In this document: piece after piece, positions 43,129 to 54,091 of the stretch
Layout: each line of letters starts with the position of its first letter
Numbering within the stretch: position 1 is the first letter of the stretch
DNA from: Opitutales bacterium
GTDB lineage: Bacteria; Verrucomicrobiota; Verrucomicrobiia; Opitutales; UBA2987
DNA length: 64,000 nucleotides
Assembly (NCBI GenBank): GCA_965226885.1
Contig: CBDDEL010000010.1
Location: 366,258-430,257 of the forward strand
Direction: 5' to 3'
Position numbers and translations under genes: made by a program
Notes under the pieces: generated by a model
The model's input: the letters and a program-made list of their open reading frames with translations, nothing else
What the model was told of the DNA's origin: nothing
Database searches by the model: none

Positions 43129-46002
43129 ATGACAAAAAACATACCAATACCAAAAAACCCTGTGTGGAGGTTAATATTCACATTAATCTCCTGCGCCTTT
43201 CTGTTCGGCCTATCGGCCAACGCGGCAGATGTATTAGTGTTTCAGGAAAGTTTCGAGACGGACGGGTTGGACTCACGCTATACGGTGGAGAACGGCAGCG
43301 ATGACGGCTCAGGGGACTTCTTCGCCCGCAGACAGGAGGGCTCAGCCGGGACCGAGCCGTCTGGAGGGACGATCGATGGCTCGTTCTTCTGGGCCGGGCA
43401 GGATATCGACGCAGATGGCGCGATTGTAAATGACCTGGAAAAGGATGAGGGCCGGATCACCTTTAACGCCTTCGACATTTTGGGAGTCGGACGACTGAAG
43501 ATCACTATAGCCGCAGGCCAGGGCGGGGACTTTGTCGAGTTCGACAATGTCATGCTCATTCAGGTCAAATTCGACGATGGCGACTGGGCGACGATCGGCG
43601 GATTTCGCGGAACGTTTACGAACTCGCCCGGGCGATACTTTGAGGGTGGAGACAACACCCTGCCGGATCACAATGTGGAACCCAGGCTCACGAAGACCTT
43701 TGTGGACTTTTCGTGGGAGATTCCCGGCAGCGGCGACACCATGCAGGTCCGCATCAAGATGAATCTGAATGGAGGCACCGAAGAATACGCTTTCGACAAC
43801 TTCCGTGTTACGGGGGACGATGCGGTCGAGTTGTTCTCACTCGCCCTCGACAGTACAACGATATCTGAGGAAGCAGGTGCGGGCGCGGCCACACTGACCG
43901 TGACTCTCGAAAATCCAGCACCGGCCGGCGGCGCGACTCTTGCCGTGAGCACCGTCTCCCCACTCGCCGTAGGCGGCCCGGATACGGAGATATCCGTTCC
44001 CGAGACGGTGGAGATTGCAAGCGGAGCGACAGCGGGTACGATTTCGGTCGATGCGGTCGCGGATGGGCGTTTCGACGGCGACGTCGAAATTCGGATTTTT
44101 GTGGAAGGCGAAGGCTACAATCGCGACTTTATCACGATTACGGTGACGAATATAGATTCGCACCCATCGCTCCTCATCAATGAATTCCTCGCACAGCCGG
44201 CAGGAAGCATTCCCGAGGACCTCTCCGGTGATGCGAATGGCGACGGGTCGAGGAATTCGGCCGAGGACGAGTTCCTTGAGATTATCAATACGAACGGCGA
44301 CGGGAGCTCGATCGATCTCTCGGGCTGGACAATCACCGACAATATCGGGCCGCGGCATACATTCCCGCCAGGAACAGTTTTAGATGACGGGCGCGCCCTG
44401 GTCATCTTCGGTGGCGGGAACCCGACGGGTATCTTCGGCGGGGCACAAGTCTTGACGGCGTCGCAGGGCAATCTCGGGTTCTCGAATAACGGTGACACCT
44501 TTACCATCGTGGCCGGCGGGGCTGTGGTTACGGCAATTACCTACGAGGGTGATATCGGAGGATCCCAAGAGGCAGGGGTTCGCGACCCCGATATCACCGG
44601 GGATATCGTCCTCCATTCGCTGGCCACGGGCTCCGGGGGCGCGTTATTCTCGCCTGGTACTCGGTTGGACGGCTCGCCGTTTGGGTTATTCACCAATACG
44701 ATCACGCTCGCACTGAGCCCGGACTCCGTTTCCGAGATCGCGGGTGACGCGGCGGTGACGGGAACAATCACGCTGGAAAACGCGGCTCCGGCCGGCGGTT
44801 TGGTGATTAATATTGAGTCGGCGGGCGCTCCCGATCGGATCGATTTTTCCGGAGCCGGAGTAGAGATTTCGGAGATTATTATTGACGAGTTGCTGGGAAT
44901 AACCGTTCGTATTGTCAGTCTGACCATTGCCGCAGGGTCCACCCAGGGGACGTTCGATATCGATGTTTTCGATAACGAGGTCCTGAGTGGTGACCGCGAG
45001 TGGCGAATCATAGCTAAAGAAAGAAACACCCTCCCGGGAATCGCCCCTCTCACGGTAACCGAGGCGATTTCGAGTCCCTTCTACGTCGTTGTCAACGAAT
45101 TGTTGTCGGGTCCCAACGGAACCGGCCTCGATCCGAATGGTAACGGAATCGCCGAGGAGGGCCTCGAGGACCAGTTCATCGAGATTGTGAATGCGAGCGG
45201 ATTCGACGTCGATGTATCGGGCTGGATTGTCCGTATCATCGCCATTGGTTCGAATGGGATTCCCAGCAGTTTCAACGTCCACAAATTCGCGAACGGGACC
45301 GTTCTCGCGGACGAGGGCTCTTTTGTAATATTCGGCGGAGGGGACGAGGTTGCGATGAACGATCCGATGAATGACACCTACGGAGGTGCGGTTGTGTTTG
45401 TTGCCAACGAAGGGGAAAACGGCGTGAATCTTCCGACCCAAAAGGATGCGGTGATACTGCTACTGAATGAGCACGGGTTTATTTTGGACAGCGTCATGTA
45501 CCTTATTCAGGACGCAGACCAGTCGCAGTCCTTGACGCGTAGCCCGGATATAACCGGCAACTTCCCCAACCTGCACTTCGACGTCTCTTCTGCCTTCCTG
45601 CTATTCTCACCCGGCGCCACAACCGGCGGCGCGCCTTTTGCGGGCAACGGGGTGGTGGATTTGGATGTGTTCAGCGGTGTGGATATCCCAGGATTTCCGG
45701 GATGGAAGACCTCCCCCTGGTATAAGAACTACAACGTGGATTTCCCGCCTTGGATTTATCACGATGAGCACGGTTGGCAGTTTGTCGATTCAGGCGCTAC
45801 TGCGGCTGTCACATTCTTATTTGATCTCGGTTTGAACAATTGGGTATTTGTAAATGAGGGCGCTTATCGGTGGATTTTCCTTTATGGGCCCGACGAAGGC
45901 TGGATCTTTACATTCAGCGACAACACACCCGGAAGTCGTTTCTTCCAGAGACTTGACGATGGCAGTTTGTTCAGCGTTCCAGCGGGACTGCCAATTAATT
46001 AA
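43129..46002 (+). CDS. Secreted protein with two lamin-tail-like domains, Ig/Calx-like domains and an aromatic C-terminal tail
   Basis: INEFL..DANGDG..DEFLEIIN..DLSGW occurs twice; tail WKTSPWY..WIYHDEHGW. Confidence 0.8.
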   Translation: MTKNIPIPKNPVWRLIFTLISCAFLFGLSANAADVLVFQESFETDGLDSRYTVENGSDDGSGDFFARRQEGSAGTEPSGGTIDGSFFWAGQDIDADGAIVNDLEKDEGRITFNAFDILGVGRLKITIAAGQGGDFVEFDNVMLIQVKFDDGDWATIGGFRGTFTNSPGRYFEGGDNTLPDHNVEPRLTKTFVDFSWEIPGSGDTMQVRIKMNLNGGTEEYAFDNFRVTGDDAVELFSLALDSTTISEEAGAGAATLTVTLENPAPAGGATLAVSTVSPLAVGGPDTEISVPETVEIASGATAGTISVDAVADGRFDGDVEIRIFVEGEGYNRDFITITVTNIDSHPSLLINEFLAQPAGSIPEDLSGDANGDGSRNSAEDEFLEIINTNGDGSSIDLSGWTITDNIGPRHTFPPGTVLDDGRALVIFGGGNPTGIFGGAQVLTASQGNLGFSNNGDTFTIVAGGAVVTAITYEGDIGGSQEAGVRDPDITGDIVLHSLATGSGGALFSPGTRLDGSPFGLFTNTITLALSPDSVSEIAGDAAVTGTITLENAAPAGGLVINIESAGAPDRIDFSGAGVEISEIIIDELLGITVRIVSLTIAAGSTQGTFDIDVFDNEVLSGDREWRIIAKERNTLPGIAPLTVTEAISSPFYVVVNELLSGPNGTGLDPNGNGIAEEGLEDQFIEIVNASGFDVDVSGWIVRIIAIGSNGIPSSFNVHKFANGTVLADEGSFVIFGGGDEVAMNDPMNDTYGGAVVFVANEGENGVNLPTQKDAVILLLNEHGFILDSVMYLIQDADQSQSLTRSPDITGNFPNLHFDVSSAFLLFSPGATTGGAPFAGNGVVDLDVFSGVDIPGFPGWKTSPWYKNYNVDFPPWIYHDEHGWQFVDSGATAAVTFLFDLGLNNWVFVNEGAYRWIFLYGPDEGWIFTFSDNTPGSRFFQRLDDGSLFSVPAGLPIN

Positions 46003-46037
46003 TAAATCGATTAGGTAATTATGGTATGCGCCAATAG

Positions 46038-46075
46038 TGGCGGGCACGCATTTGCGTGCCCGCCATTAATTTTTT
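46038..46075 (+). terminator. Rho-independent terminator
   Basis: TGGCGGGCACGC-ATTT-GCGTGCCCGCCA followed by TTAATTTTTT. Confidence 0.85.
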
Positions 46076-46080
46076 AGACC

Positions 46081-47700
46081 ATGATGAAACTAAAGTTCAA
46101 TTTGTTAGCAACTACACTGCTGATTCTCATTTCCCATTCGGCATTTGGGCAGAGAGATATCACGGAATTTTCGAGTTATACCAAATCGCAAAAGGATTGA
46201 TAAAGATTAAAAACCAGCTATAAAGGCGGAATGAGAAGATATATGGGAACCGATGAAGACCGTGAACGTATCAAGAAATTGCTCAACAAAGAGGCTGTCG
46301 GCTGGCGTAAAGAGCGTTTGGTGGCATTAAAAATGGGCTTCCAGCCGCACCACAGCATTGATGAAATTGGAGCCATCGTGGGCCGAGGCAAAGCGACGAT
46401 CCAGCGTTGGTTTGACAAATATCGTGCTGCAGGGCTCGGGGCGGTGCTTACACGCGCCTACAAAGGCGGGATCAAAAGCCGTTGCGACAAAGAGGTGGAG
46501 GCCTTCTTGCTCAATGGTTTGAAGGTCGCGCGCTGGAACACAGCCGTTCAGGCGGGGCAAGAGCTGGAGCGACATTTCGGGCGCTCCTTCGCCTACAAGA
46601 CGGTGTGGCGATGGCTAAAAAAATGCGCCGGGGTGCTTCGAGTCCCTCGCCCCGTGCATGAGAAACGGGACTCGGCAAAAGCGGAAGCGTTCAAGCGAGA
46701 CTTTTTTAAGATCCTCCAGGAGCTTTCCCTCACCCGAGGCAATCGGGTTCGGGTGTGGTTTGCCGATGAAAGCCGTTTTGGTTTGCTTCCGGTGTACCGC
46801 CGGTGCTGGACGCAAAGAGGGCTTCGGCCGCACAAAAAATATCAGACAAGATACCAGTGGAGCTACTGTTACGGAGCCCTCGACGTGGTCAACGGCGAGA
46901 TGGTATGCATCCAAACCCCTAGCACGAATCTACAGTGGACGGAGGCTTTCCTCCAACAGATCAAAAAGCAATATCCTGAGGAGGAACATGTGGTTGTATG
47001 GGACGGGGCAGGCTTCCATCCGCACGACTCGGAGCACCCCAACGTCCCCCCGGGCATACATATCGTGAATTTGCCGCCGTATAGTCCTGAACTCAACCCG
47101 ATTGAAAGACTTTGGGATATGATACAGGATCAAACGGCCAACAAACTGTGGCCGAGCATTGAGCGACTCGAAGAAGTCGTCGCAACCCATCTCAAAGACT
47201 GGTGGGAGGACACTGAAAAAGTCCTCTCTTTAGTTGGCGGAGGCTGGCAGCACATTCAAGCAAACGCTTCTGCCAAATAACTTATTATCATACCTAATGA
47301 GATTTGGTATTACTGGAAACACAAGGTTTCTTTATTCCGAAGTCTGCCCAATCCGAAAGGCGAAATCTGTTTTCTCGGAGACAGCATCACCGATGGCTGT
47401 GAATGGCGTGAATTGACTGGATTAGAGCAGGTAACCAATCGTGGAATCTCCAGCGATACTGCCTGGGCCGTTATGAAACGAATCGAGGAGGTTACCGAGG
47501 GTAAACCAGCAAAAGTTTTTCTAATGATTGGCACCAACGACCTAGACCGGGAAAAATCCGTCACTGAAGTCCGAGATAAAATAGGGGAAATCCTCGAATT
47601 TATTCAGAAAAAGAGTCCTCAAACTAAGGTTTATCTTCAGAGTGTGCTGCCGGTTTGGGATGGTACCTGGGGTATTCGAATGAACATTCATAATCGTTGA
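46081..47700 (+). pseudogene. Secreted SGNH/GDSL hydrolase split by IS630 and 3'-truncated
   Basis: Removing 46179-47309 joins the signal peptide in frame to FLGDSIT, NRGISSD, MIGTND; DxxH block missing. Confidence 0.85.
46179..47309 (+). mobile_element. IS630-family element (transposase 46231-47280)
   Basis: TACCAAATC / GATTTGGTA ends at TA; FADESRFG, WDGAGFH, LPPYSPELNPIE. Confidence 0.92.
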
Positions 47701-48228
47701 AATTACAGGCTTCTGGAGCTTTCGAGTTCACATCTATTTTAGAAGCCAATTCAAAGTGGATCGCTCCCATCGAGGCATGGACTGATCCCATCTCGGCAAA
47801 GCCCACCTTCATATCAGTCGACATTGTTGTCTGTTCTTCCCGAAAATCTTGTTGGTCACTGCGGAGTTCTTTAACTTCTGTAACAACATTCTGGATGTTC
47901 GCATTTTGAGAATTGTACATAAAACCGACCAGAGTGCCCACCAACGTTGTAATGCCACCTACAAGTATCCATGAAATGTAAAAACCCATATTTACAGTCA
48001 TTGTCAGTTCCTTACAGTCATTGTCAGTTCCGGTAGTTCCTTACAGTCATTGTCAGTTCCGGTAGTTCCTTACAGTCATTGTCAGTTCCGGTAGTTCCTT
48101 ACAGTCATTGTCAGTTCCGGTAGTTCCTTACAGTCATTGTCAGTTCCGGTAGTTCCTTACAGTCATTGTCAGTTCCGGTAGTTCCTTACAGTCATTGTCA
48201 GTTCCGGTTTCTTCGTTCCTCCACTCAT
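47624..48228 (-). pseudogene. Small TM plus coiled-coil protein disrupted by a tandem repeat expansion
   Basis: Collapsing the array gives MSGGTKKPELTMTVNMGFYISWILVGG.. Confidence 0.55.
47992..48208. repeat. 29-bp perfect tandem array (6 full units plus 20- and 23-nt partials)
   Basis: Unit TTACAGTCATTGTCAGTTCCGGTAGTTCC; no spacers. Confidence 0.95.
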
Positions 48229-48313
48229 AATTATAATATTCTTTAATATTCTAGTTGTCAATTTATTAGTAAGTCTGATAGGGCATATGTTCCAGCTTCA
48301 TAGGGGGGTTTCC

Positions 48314-49024
48314 TCAATCAATGACTGGTATGCCTTCGCTCATGGTGGCAGCATCGTCGTTGGCTACAGGAACATCGTTGACCGGCGCAATCGCGATGGT
48401 GACCGTAGCCGCTCTCACATCGGTGCCGTCGGTCACACAGTAAACAAAGAAGTCTGCGGTGGTTTCGCCGCCATTGTGGGTGTAGGTGAATTCACCGTTG
48501 GCGAGAATATCTACGGTGCCGTTGTCGGTTGCGTTGACTCCGGTGTTGACAACCGAAAGCGGTGAATTATCGGGCTCATCGGTATCGTTGGCCAGCACAC
48601 TGGTGGCCCCGCCATCCAATACAGAGGTGCTGCCGCCCTCTAAGGTCGCGGCGCTGTCCGGATTGGCCACCGGCGGCGAGTCGCTCACCGGATTGATCGT
48701 GATATCTAACCTCCCGTTGCGGACGGCCTCCCCATCGCTGACGGCGTAATCGAAAAAGTCCGAGGTTGTCTCGCTGCCGTCATGGGTATAGGTAAAAAAG
48801 CCGCCTGCGGCCAAGGTTAAGGTGCCGTTGTCGGTTGTAATGTTAATCGTCGCGGTCAGCACATCGCCCGGCAGATCGGCGTCTGTGTCATTAGCCAGGA
48901 CATTGACCGTATTGATAGTGCCGCCCTCGTCCATGGTGGCTGCATCGTCGTTGGCTACAGGAACAACTAATTCGGAGGAATCCGAGAAAAGTAGAGTCCA
49001 CAGAGTGGGAATGAGTTTTTCCAA
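48314..49024 (-). pseudogene. Fragment of a cadherin-like/Ig-repeat adhesin
   Basis: Two PVANDD..VLANDTD..G.FTYTH.G.ETT.D.F.Y repeats; both ends look truncated. Confidence 0.7.
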
Positions 49025-49440
49025 AATTATAGAATGGCTTTGGATTATATAGTTTTCGGTTTTGCAGAATGATGAAATCCTAACATCCGGGTATAAGATT
49101 TCAGAAAATATTGTTAAATAGCTTCATGCCCCTCCGAATATTTCGGTTGGTAACTTTCTGTATGTTGGTAGCTTGTCAGGGTGTTGGTAGCTTGTCAGGG
49201 GTTTGTAAACTATTTTTTTACTTTATTTTTATTAAATTCTATGGCAAATGCAAATTACGTTCTAATGCCACCGCCACCGCAAAAAACCACTTTTTTGCAT
49301 TGCCAAAAAGCCAAAAAGGACTGTGGGTTGTTTTACGTTATTTGTCCATCTGCCCCGGGAATATATTGAGCCCTAATCTCATTATTGCAAATGTTGCAGG
49401 GAGATGTATGTTTTTAACAATTAATAATAGATATACCATC

Positions 49441-50372
49441 GTGAGCTATTTTGCAAGAATCCCAGTCATTTATTTTGGATTGATCGTTTTAACCGCTTCT
49501 GCAGGTCTCTACGGCCAGACGGCGGACTTGTTTTTTTCCGAATATGTGGAAGGAAGCGGGAGCAATCAAGCGCTCAAAATCTACAACGGCACAGGGACGC
49601 CGGTGAACCTCCTGCCCTACGAAGTGGTGCTCCTCTCCTCCAGCGGAACCGAGTTTGCCACATTTGCCCTCAATAACACCGGAACCAGCCTTGGGGACGG
49701 CGAGGTCATCGTCATCGCCAATGCCAATGCCGACTTCGCTCTCTTTCGGTTCTCCGACGCCTCTTCCAATATTACATTCTTTAACGGCAGCAATCCAGTG
49801 GGCCTGAAAAAGACGGCGTCCTCATTGATCTGATAGGCCTCATCGGGGCAGACCCAGGCCCTTGGGGTAGGGGTGATGCGACCACCAGGGACCACACCCT
49901 GCGCCGGCGGCTGGAGAGCGTGACTTCAGGCGATCCCGATGGTTTTGACGAGCCATTGGACCATTCCGCCGAATGGGCCGGTTTCGAACAGGATGATTTT
50001 GACGGCGTGGGAGCCCATCCCGGCCTCAATGCCGGTGGCGGCGGTGGGGGCGGCGAAGACCTCATGGCCGAAATTTTTGAAATACAGGGTAGCGGAACAA
50101 TCAGCGTTTTCGACGACCAAATCGTTACGACGGAAAACAATGTCGTCACCGGTGTCGTTTCCAACGGCTTTTTCATGCAGACCCCGGCCGAGCGGGACGA
50201 CAACAACCCGGCCACCTCGAACGGCATATTCTTATTTACCGGCGGTGCCCCCTCCGTTGCCGTGGGCGACCTCGTAAATGTCACCGGTATTGTGCAGGAG
50301 TTTTTCGATATGACCGAATTCAGCGGTTCATTCCCCTTTAGAATAAAAATTTTGATCGGCATCGGCATTTGA
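49441..50372 (+). pseudogene. N-terminal part of an ExeM/NucH-like extracellular nuclease (lamin-tail plus OB-fold), frameshifted and truncated
   Basis: LFFSEYVEGSGSNQALKIYN; IFEIQG..VTG..GFFMQ..TSNGIF..VGDLVNVTG.V.EFF. Confidence 0.75.
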
Positions 50373-50662
50373 ATAATACGTTTATGCTTCCTGAAAACCC
50401 TTTTGTAAAATTTCTAGGATAGAGAGGGTTTAACCAATACGCATATCGCCACCAGGGAAATCACTCGACCCCCCCGCCCCCTTCGGCAGTCCTGACATTT
50501 TCCTATCAATAAACAACCATTCCTATCAACTTTTTGGCCCTTTCTTACCTTTTAATGCCATTCAGTGCTCAAACGGTGTATTTCCTGTAAGCTAGTAAAC
50601 AAGCGGGATGCCCGATAGATAAAGGGCTAGAAGCCGGTTTTTGATTGGCCAAGGTTGACGAA

Positions 50663-50685
50663 TTCAAATCCCGTCAGCCACCCCA
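50663..50685 (+). other. 3' fragment of a tRNA-His-like gene (att-site remnant)
   Basis: TTCAAATCCCGT-CAGCCAC-C-CCA; C discriminator; no 5' half upstream. Confidence 0.6.
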
Positions 50686-50953
50686 TTTAAGTCATTTAAT
50701 ACCAACCTAGTATAAAATTTTCTTGCAAAGGTTGTCAGTAGTTGTCAGTAAAATATTATAGAACAGTTCAACTGAACTGACCACGAAAAACACTAACATT
50801 CCAGTGAAAGTATTTTCATCGGTTAAATTTGCCCATCTAATCCAAAAGAACCACAAAAACTACGAATTCTCTGTTGTAGGAATATTGTAGATTTATGAAA
50901 AATTGCGTATATCAATAAATCACAATATCTTTGATATACAATGGCATATAAAT

Positions 50954-51044
<91 letters not shown>

Positions 51045-51232
51045 ACTCCATAAATTGGAAGGCTTCGGAAAATGGGGCCGAATGGGTCTCAGGTCAAGCC
51101 CGACTCATTGGCCCAGCGCAAATCAAATTCCGCCAGCTGGGAAAAGCCTGTCAATTCAAGGAGATAGAAGTCAAAAGACAGGAGGCCGAAGTCAGGAGTT
51201 GATAGCTTTTTTCCCGTCCTTACAACTATCCC

Positions 51233-52234
51233 TTACTGTTTTGCCATCAAACGGGCCAGTCGGGTAAAGGTTTCTTCGGGAAAGCCGAGGGCGCGTTTGA
51301 ATTGGTAATCCCTCTCGAGGACGTTGCTTTCTTTTTCCCATTTGCGGTATTCCCGCCAATTGAGGTGGCCGCGCAGCCAGGGGCCCAGCCCGCTGACCGG
51401 TATGGGGTAATCGCTGCCGTGTAGGATACGGTCGGCGGCGTCTGGTCCCAAAGCAGCTTTTAGACTCCGGCTGCGGTTGGGGCTGCATAGGGCGCTGTTG
51501 TCGGCATAGAGGTTGGAAAAACGGGAAAACATTGACAACAGTGAATTGGTGTAATCGGGGTCCCAAAGGCAGCTTCTCCCGGCGCAATGGGCCGCGATGA
51601 CCGTCACTCCGCATTCCAGGGGAAGCGTCAAAGTTCGGGGGTCGGCATATTTGGCGTTGACTACCGGCAATGACATTTCGCCGCCGGTGTGGGCCAGCAG
51701 AATCATGCCCGCCTCTGCCATGCGGGTCCAAAAGGGGGCGAACTTTTTCTCGTTGCAGTCGATATTCTGGCAATTGGGCAGGCATTTCATGACTGGCGCT
51801 CCAGCCTCCAGACATTTTTCCAGTTCCTCCAGGGCGTCAGGCCGGGCCGGGTGGATGGACACGGCGGGGATGAATTCCGCATGTTCCCGGCAAAGACTTA
51901 GAAGATAATCGTTGGGCACATAAAATGCCCCTACCCCTTCCATTTCCTTGCCGTGAGAATCTCGAGGCGCTTCCTGGGCCAGGAGCAGTATGGCATCTAG
52001 GCTGGATTCCCGCGCCTGTTGCAGCAGCCTTTCCGCATAAAGCCGGTCCAGTTGGCCGGTTTTGAGAACGGACTGCGGGAGCCCGATCTCTTTTATCAAA
52101 GTGTGGGCCAGAATCCGGCTCCAGGGGCCTTGCAGGCGAAACCAGCAACCGCTGCCGCTGGAACCGTCCCCCAAAAGGTGCACATGGCCGTCGATTTTGC
52201 GAAAACCCATTTCACCAGCCGGGAGTTTTGCCAA
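51233..52234 (-). CDS. Amidohydrolase_2 family metal-dependent hydrolase
   Basis: IDGHVH, LAHTG, IAAHCA, HGSDYP. Confidence 0.88.
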   Translation of the reverse strand: MAKLPAGEMGFRKIDGHVHLLGDGSSGSGCWFRLQGPWSRILAHTLIKEIGLPQSVLKTGQLDRLYAERLLQQARESSLDAILLLAQEAPRDSHGKEMEGVGAFYVPNDYLLSLCREHAEFIPAVSIHPARPDALEELEKCLEAGAPVMKCLPNCQNIDCNEKKFAPFWTRMAEAGMILLAHTGGEMSLPVVNAKYADPRTLTLPLECGVTVIAAHCAGRSCLWDPDYTNSLLSMFSRFSNLYADNSALCSPNRSRSLKAALGPDAADRILHGSDYPIPVSGLGPWLRGHLNWREYRKWEKESNVLERDYQFKRALGFPEETFTRLARLMAKQ

Positions 52235-52249
52235 GGCCCATCATGGAAA

Positions 52250-53971
52250 TCACCGATCGAGGGCAAGCCGCTCGACTCCTTTGAGGTCGAGCTTGCCGGT
52301 TGCCAAACAGGGAATTTCCTCGACCTCCTTGATGATCCTGGGAATCCACAGATTGGGCAATCCTGCCCATTTGAGCCGCTCCCGCAGGTCGGCCGAAGAA
52401 ATATCGATAGCGCTGAGCAGGACTAGGGATTCACCCTTGGCCGGATCGGCAATTCCGGTTACCGCCACCATTGGCCGCTCGCTGTCTTCCAGGTCGAAAG
52501 CGGTCACAATGTGGTTCTCTATGGTGCCGTGGGGAACCATCTCCCCTCCTATCTTGGAAAAACGCGAAATGCGGCCCTCGATAAAAAGGAACCCTTCATC
52601 ATCGAATCGAGCCAAGTCTCCCGTCACGAACCAGCCGTCCTGAAAAACTTTGGCCGTCAGTTCGGGATTGTCGAGATAACCGTTAAAAACGTTTGGGCCT
52701 TTTACATGGAGAATGCCCACATCCGTTACGGGCAGTTGTTCACCCGATTGGGGATCGACGATGCGGGCGGCTATCCCCGGCATCAGGCGGCCCACGGAAC
52801 CCGTCCGGTTTCCAACCCTCCCTTGGTAAGGGCCCTTTACGCGGGAATAGCCGGGAAGGTTTATGCTGACCACGGGAGAAGTCTCCGTCAACCCATAGCC
52901 TTCCAGGTAACGACTGCCGAATTGATCCTCCCATTTACGGGCAAAACCGGCGGGTGTTTTCTCCGCTCCGGCCACCACAAATTTTAAACTGCGTAATTGA
53001 GCTGCATCAATTCTTTTAAAATACGGGCGATAAAATGTGGGCGTCCCAAAAAGCACCGTGGCCTGTTCTTCCTCAATGGTTTTGGCGATTCGTTTGACCT
53101 CCAGCGGAGAGGGCAATGTAACCACTTTGACCCCCGACAAAAGTGGAAGCCACAAAGCCGTTTTGAAGCCGAAACTGTGAAAAAGCGGCAGACAGCCGAG
53201 AATGGTTTCCGTCCGGGGCAACAGATGTGTTTCATCGATCTGCCGGCAATTACCGATAATATTGCGGTGGGATAGTGCGACTCCTTTGGGTTCGCCGGTG
53301 CTGCCGCTACTAAATAAGAGGCCGGCCTCCTCATTGTCTCCTTGTTGGGGAATGTCAAAACGCCGTGCTAACCATCCCGATGGACAAACCCAAATCGCCG
53401 CCAGCAGACCAAGGATCTCCGCCTTGGAAAGAGAGGTCAGTTCGAGCAGTAAATCCCGCGTATCTTCTACCCAGGGGAAGTTGGGAATTTTTTTCTTGAC
53501 CGCTTCGGCTGTCAGTACGGTTTCGACTCCCGCCTGTTTAATGCTGGCCTCGATAGTGGCCGGACCCATGGTGAAATTCAAATTGACCGGAATTTTCCCA
53601 CAAAGAACCAAGGCCAGGTTGGTCAGGGTTCCGCCGATACCGGGTGGAAATACGACCCCAACGCGTTTTCCCGGAATCGTCTTCCTCCATTTACGGGACA
53701 AAGCCAGCGATACAGCCAGTATCTTCCCGGCGGTGAGCTCTTTCCGCCCGGTCGAGCGGTCAACAATTATCACTCGCCACGGATGACGCCCAAGGGAGCG
53801 AAAACAGGCGTTTCCAAGGTGACATTTCAACTCCTCGCGCTCCTGAAATTCCCGGTAGCCGAAATCGATGACGGTCGGGCCTTTTTCAGCTTGGGCTGTC
53901 TCTTCCGCTGACATGGTGATTATTAAAGACAATAATTCCCCCCCTCCCGAGTCAAGCTCGACCGGCTTCAC
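52250..53971 (-). CDS. Aas-like acyl-ACP synthetase (AMP-binding domain); start may be 53914
   Basis: FSSGSTGEPKGV, PLFHSFG, EGYGLTETSP, SRFSKIGGEMVP. Confidence 0.88.
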   Translation of the reverse strand: MKPVELDSGGGELLSLIITMSAEETAQAEKGPTVIDFGYREFQEREELKCHLGNACFRSLGRHPWRVIIVDRSTGRKELTAGKILAVSLALSRKWRKTIPGKRVGVVFPPGIGGTLTNLALVLCGKIPVNLNFTMGPATIEASIKQAGVETVLTAEAVKKKIPNFPWVEDTRDLLLELTSLSKAEILGLLAAIWVCPSGWLARRFDIPQQGDNEEAGLLFSSGSTGEPKGVALSHRNIIGNCRQIDETHLLPRTETILGCLPLFHSFGFKTALWLPLLSGVKVVTLPSPLEVKRIAKTIEEEQATVLFGTPTFYRPYFKRIDAAQLRSLKFVVAGAEKTPAGFARKWEDQFGSRYLEGYGLTETSPVVSINLPGYSRVKGPYQGRVGNRTGSVGRLMPGIAARIVDPQSGEQLPVTDVGILHVKGPNVFNGYLDNPELTAKVFQDGWFVTGDLARFDDEGFLFIEGRISRFSKIGGEMVPHGTIENHIVTAFDLEDSERPMVAVTGIADPAKGESLVLLSAIDISSADLRERLKWAGLPNLWIPRIIKEVEEIPCLATGKLDLKGVERLALDR

Positions 53972-54091
53972 CCTTCATTCAAATTTTCGGAACAGAAATC
54001 ATTTCCGCAGTGGACAATCCAATCACGATGCCGGTATGAATGTTCGACACATCCGTTCCCTCCAGAATGGTAATTTTTTCCGCTCCAAATA

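Noticed and set aside
47992..48208. CRISPR array
   Set aside because: Units are head to tail with no unique spacers, and there are no cas genes in the window.
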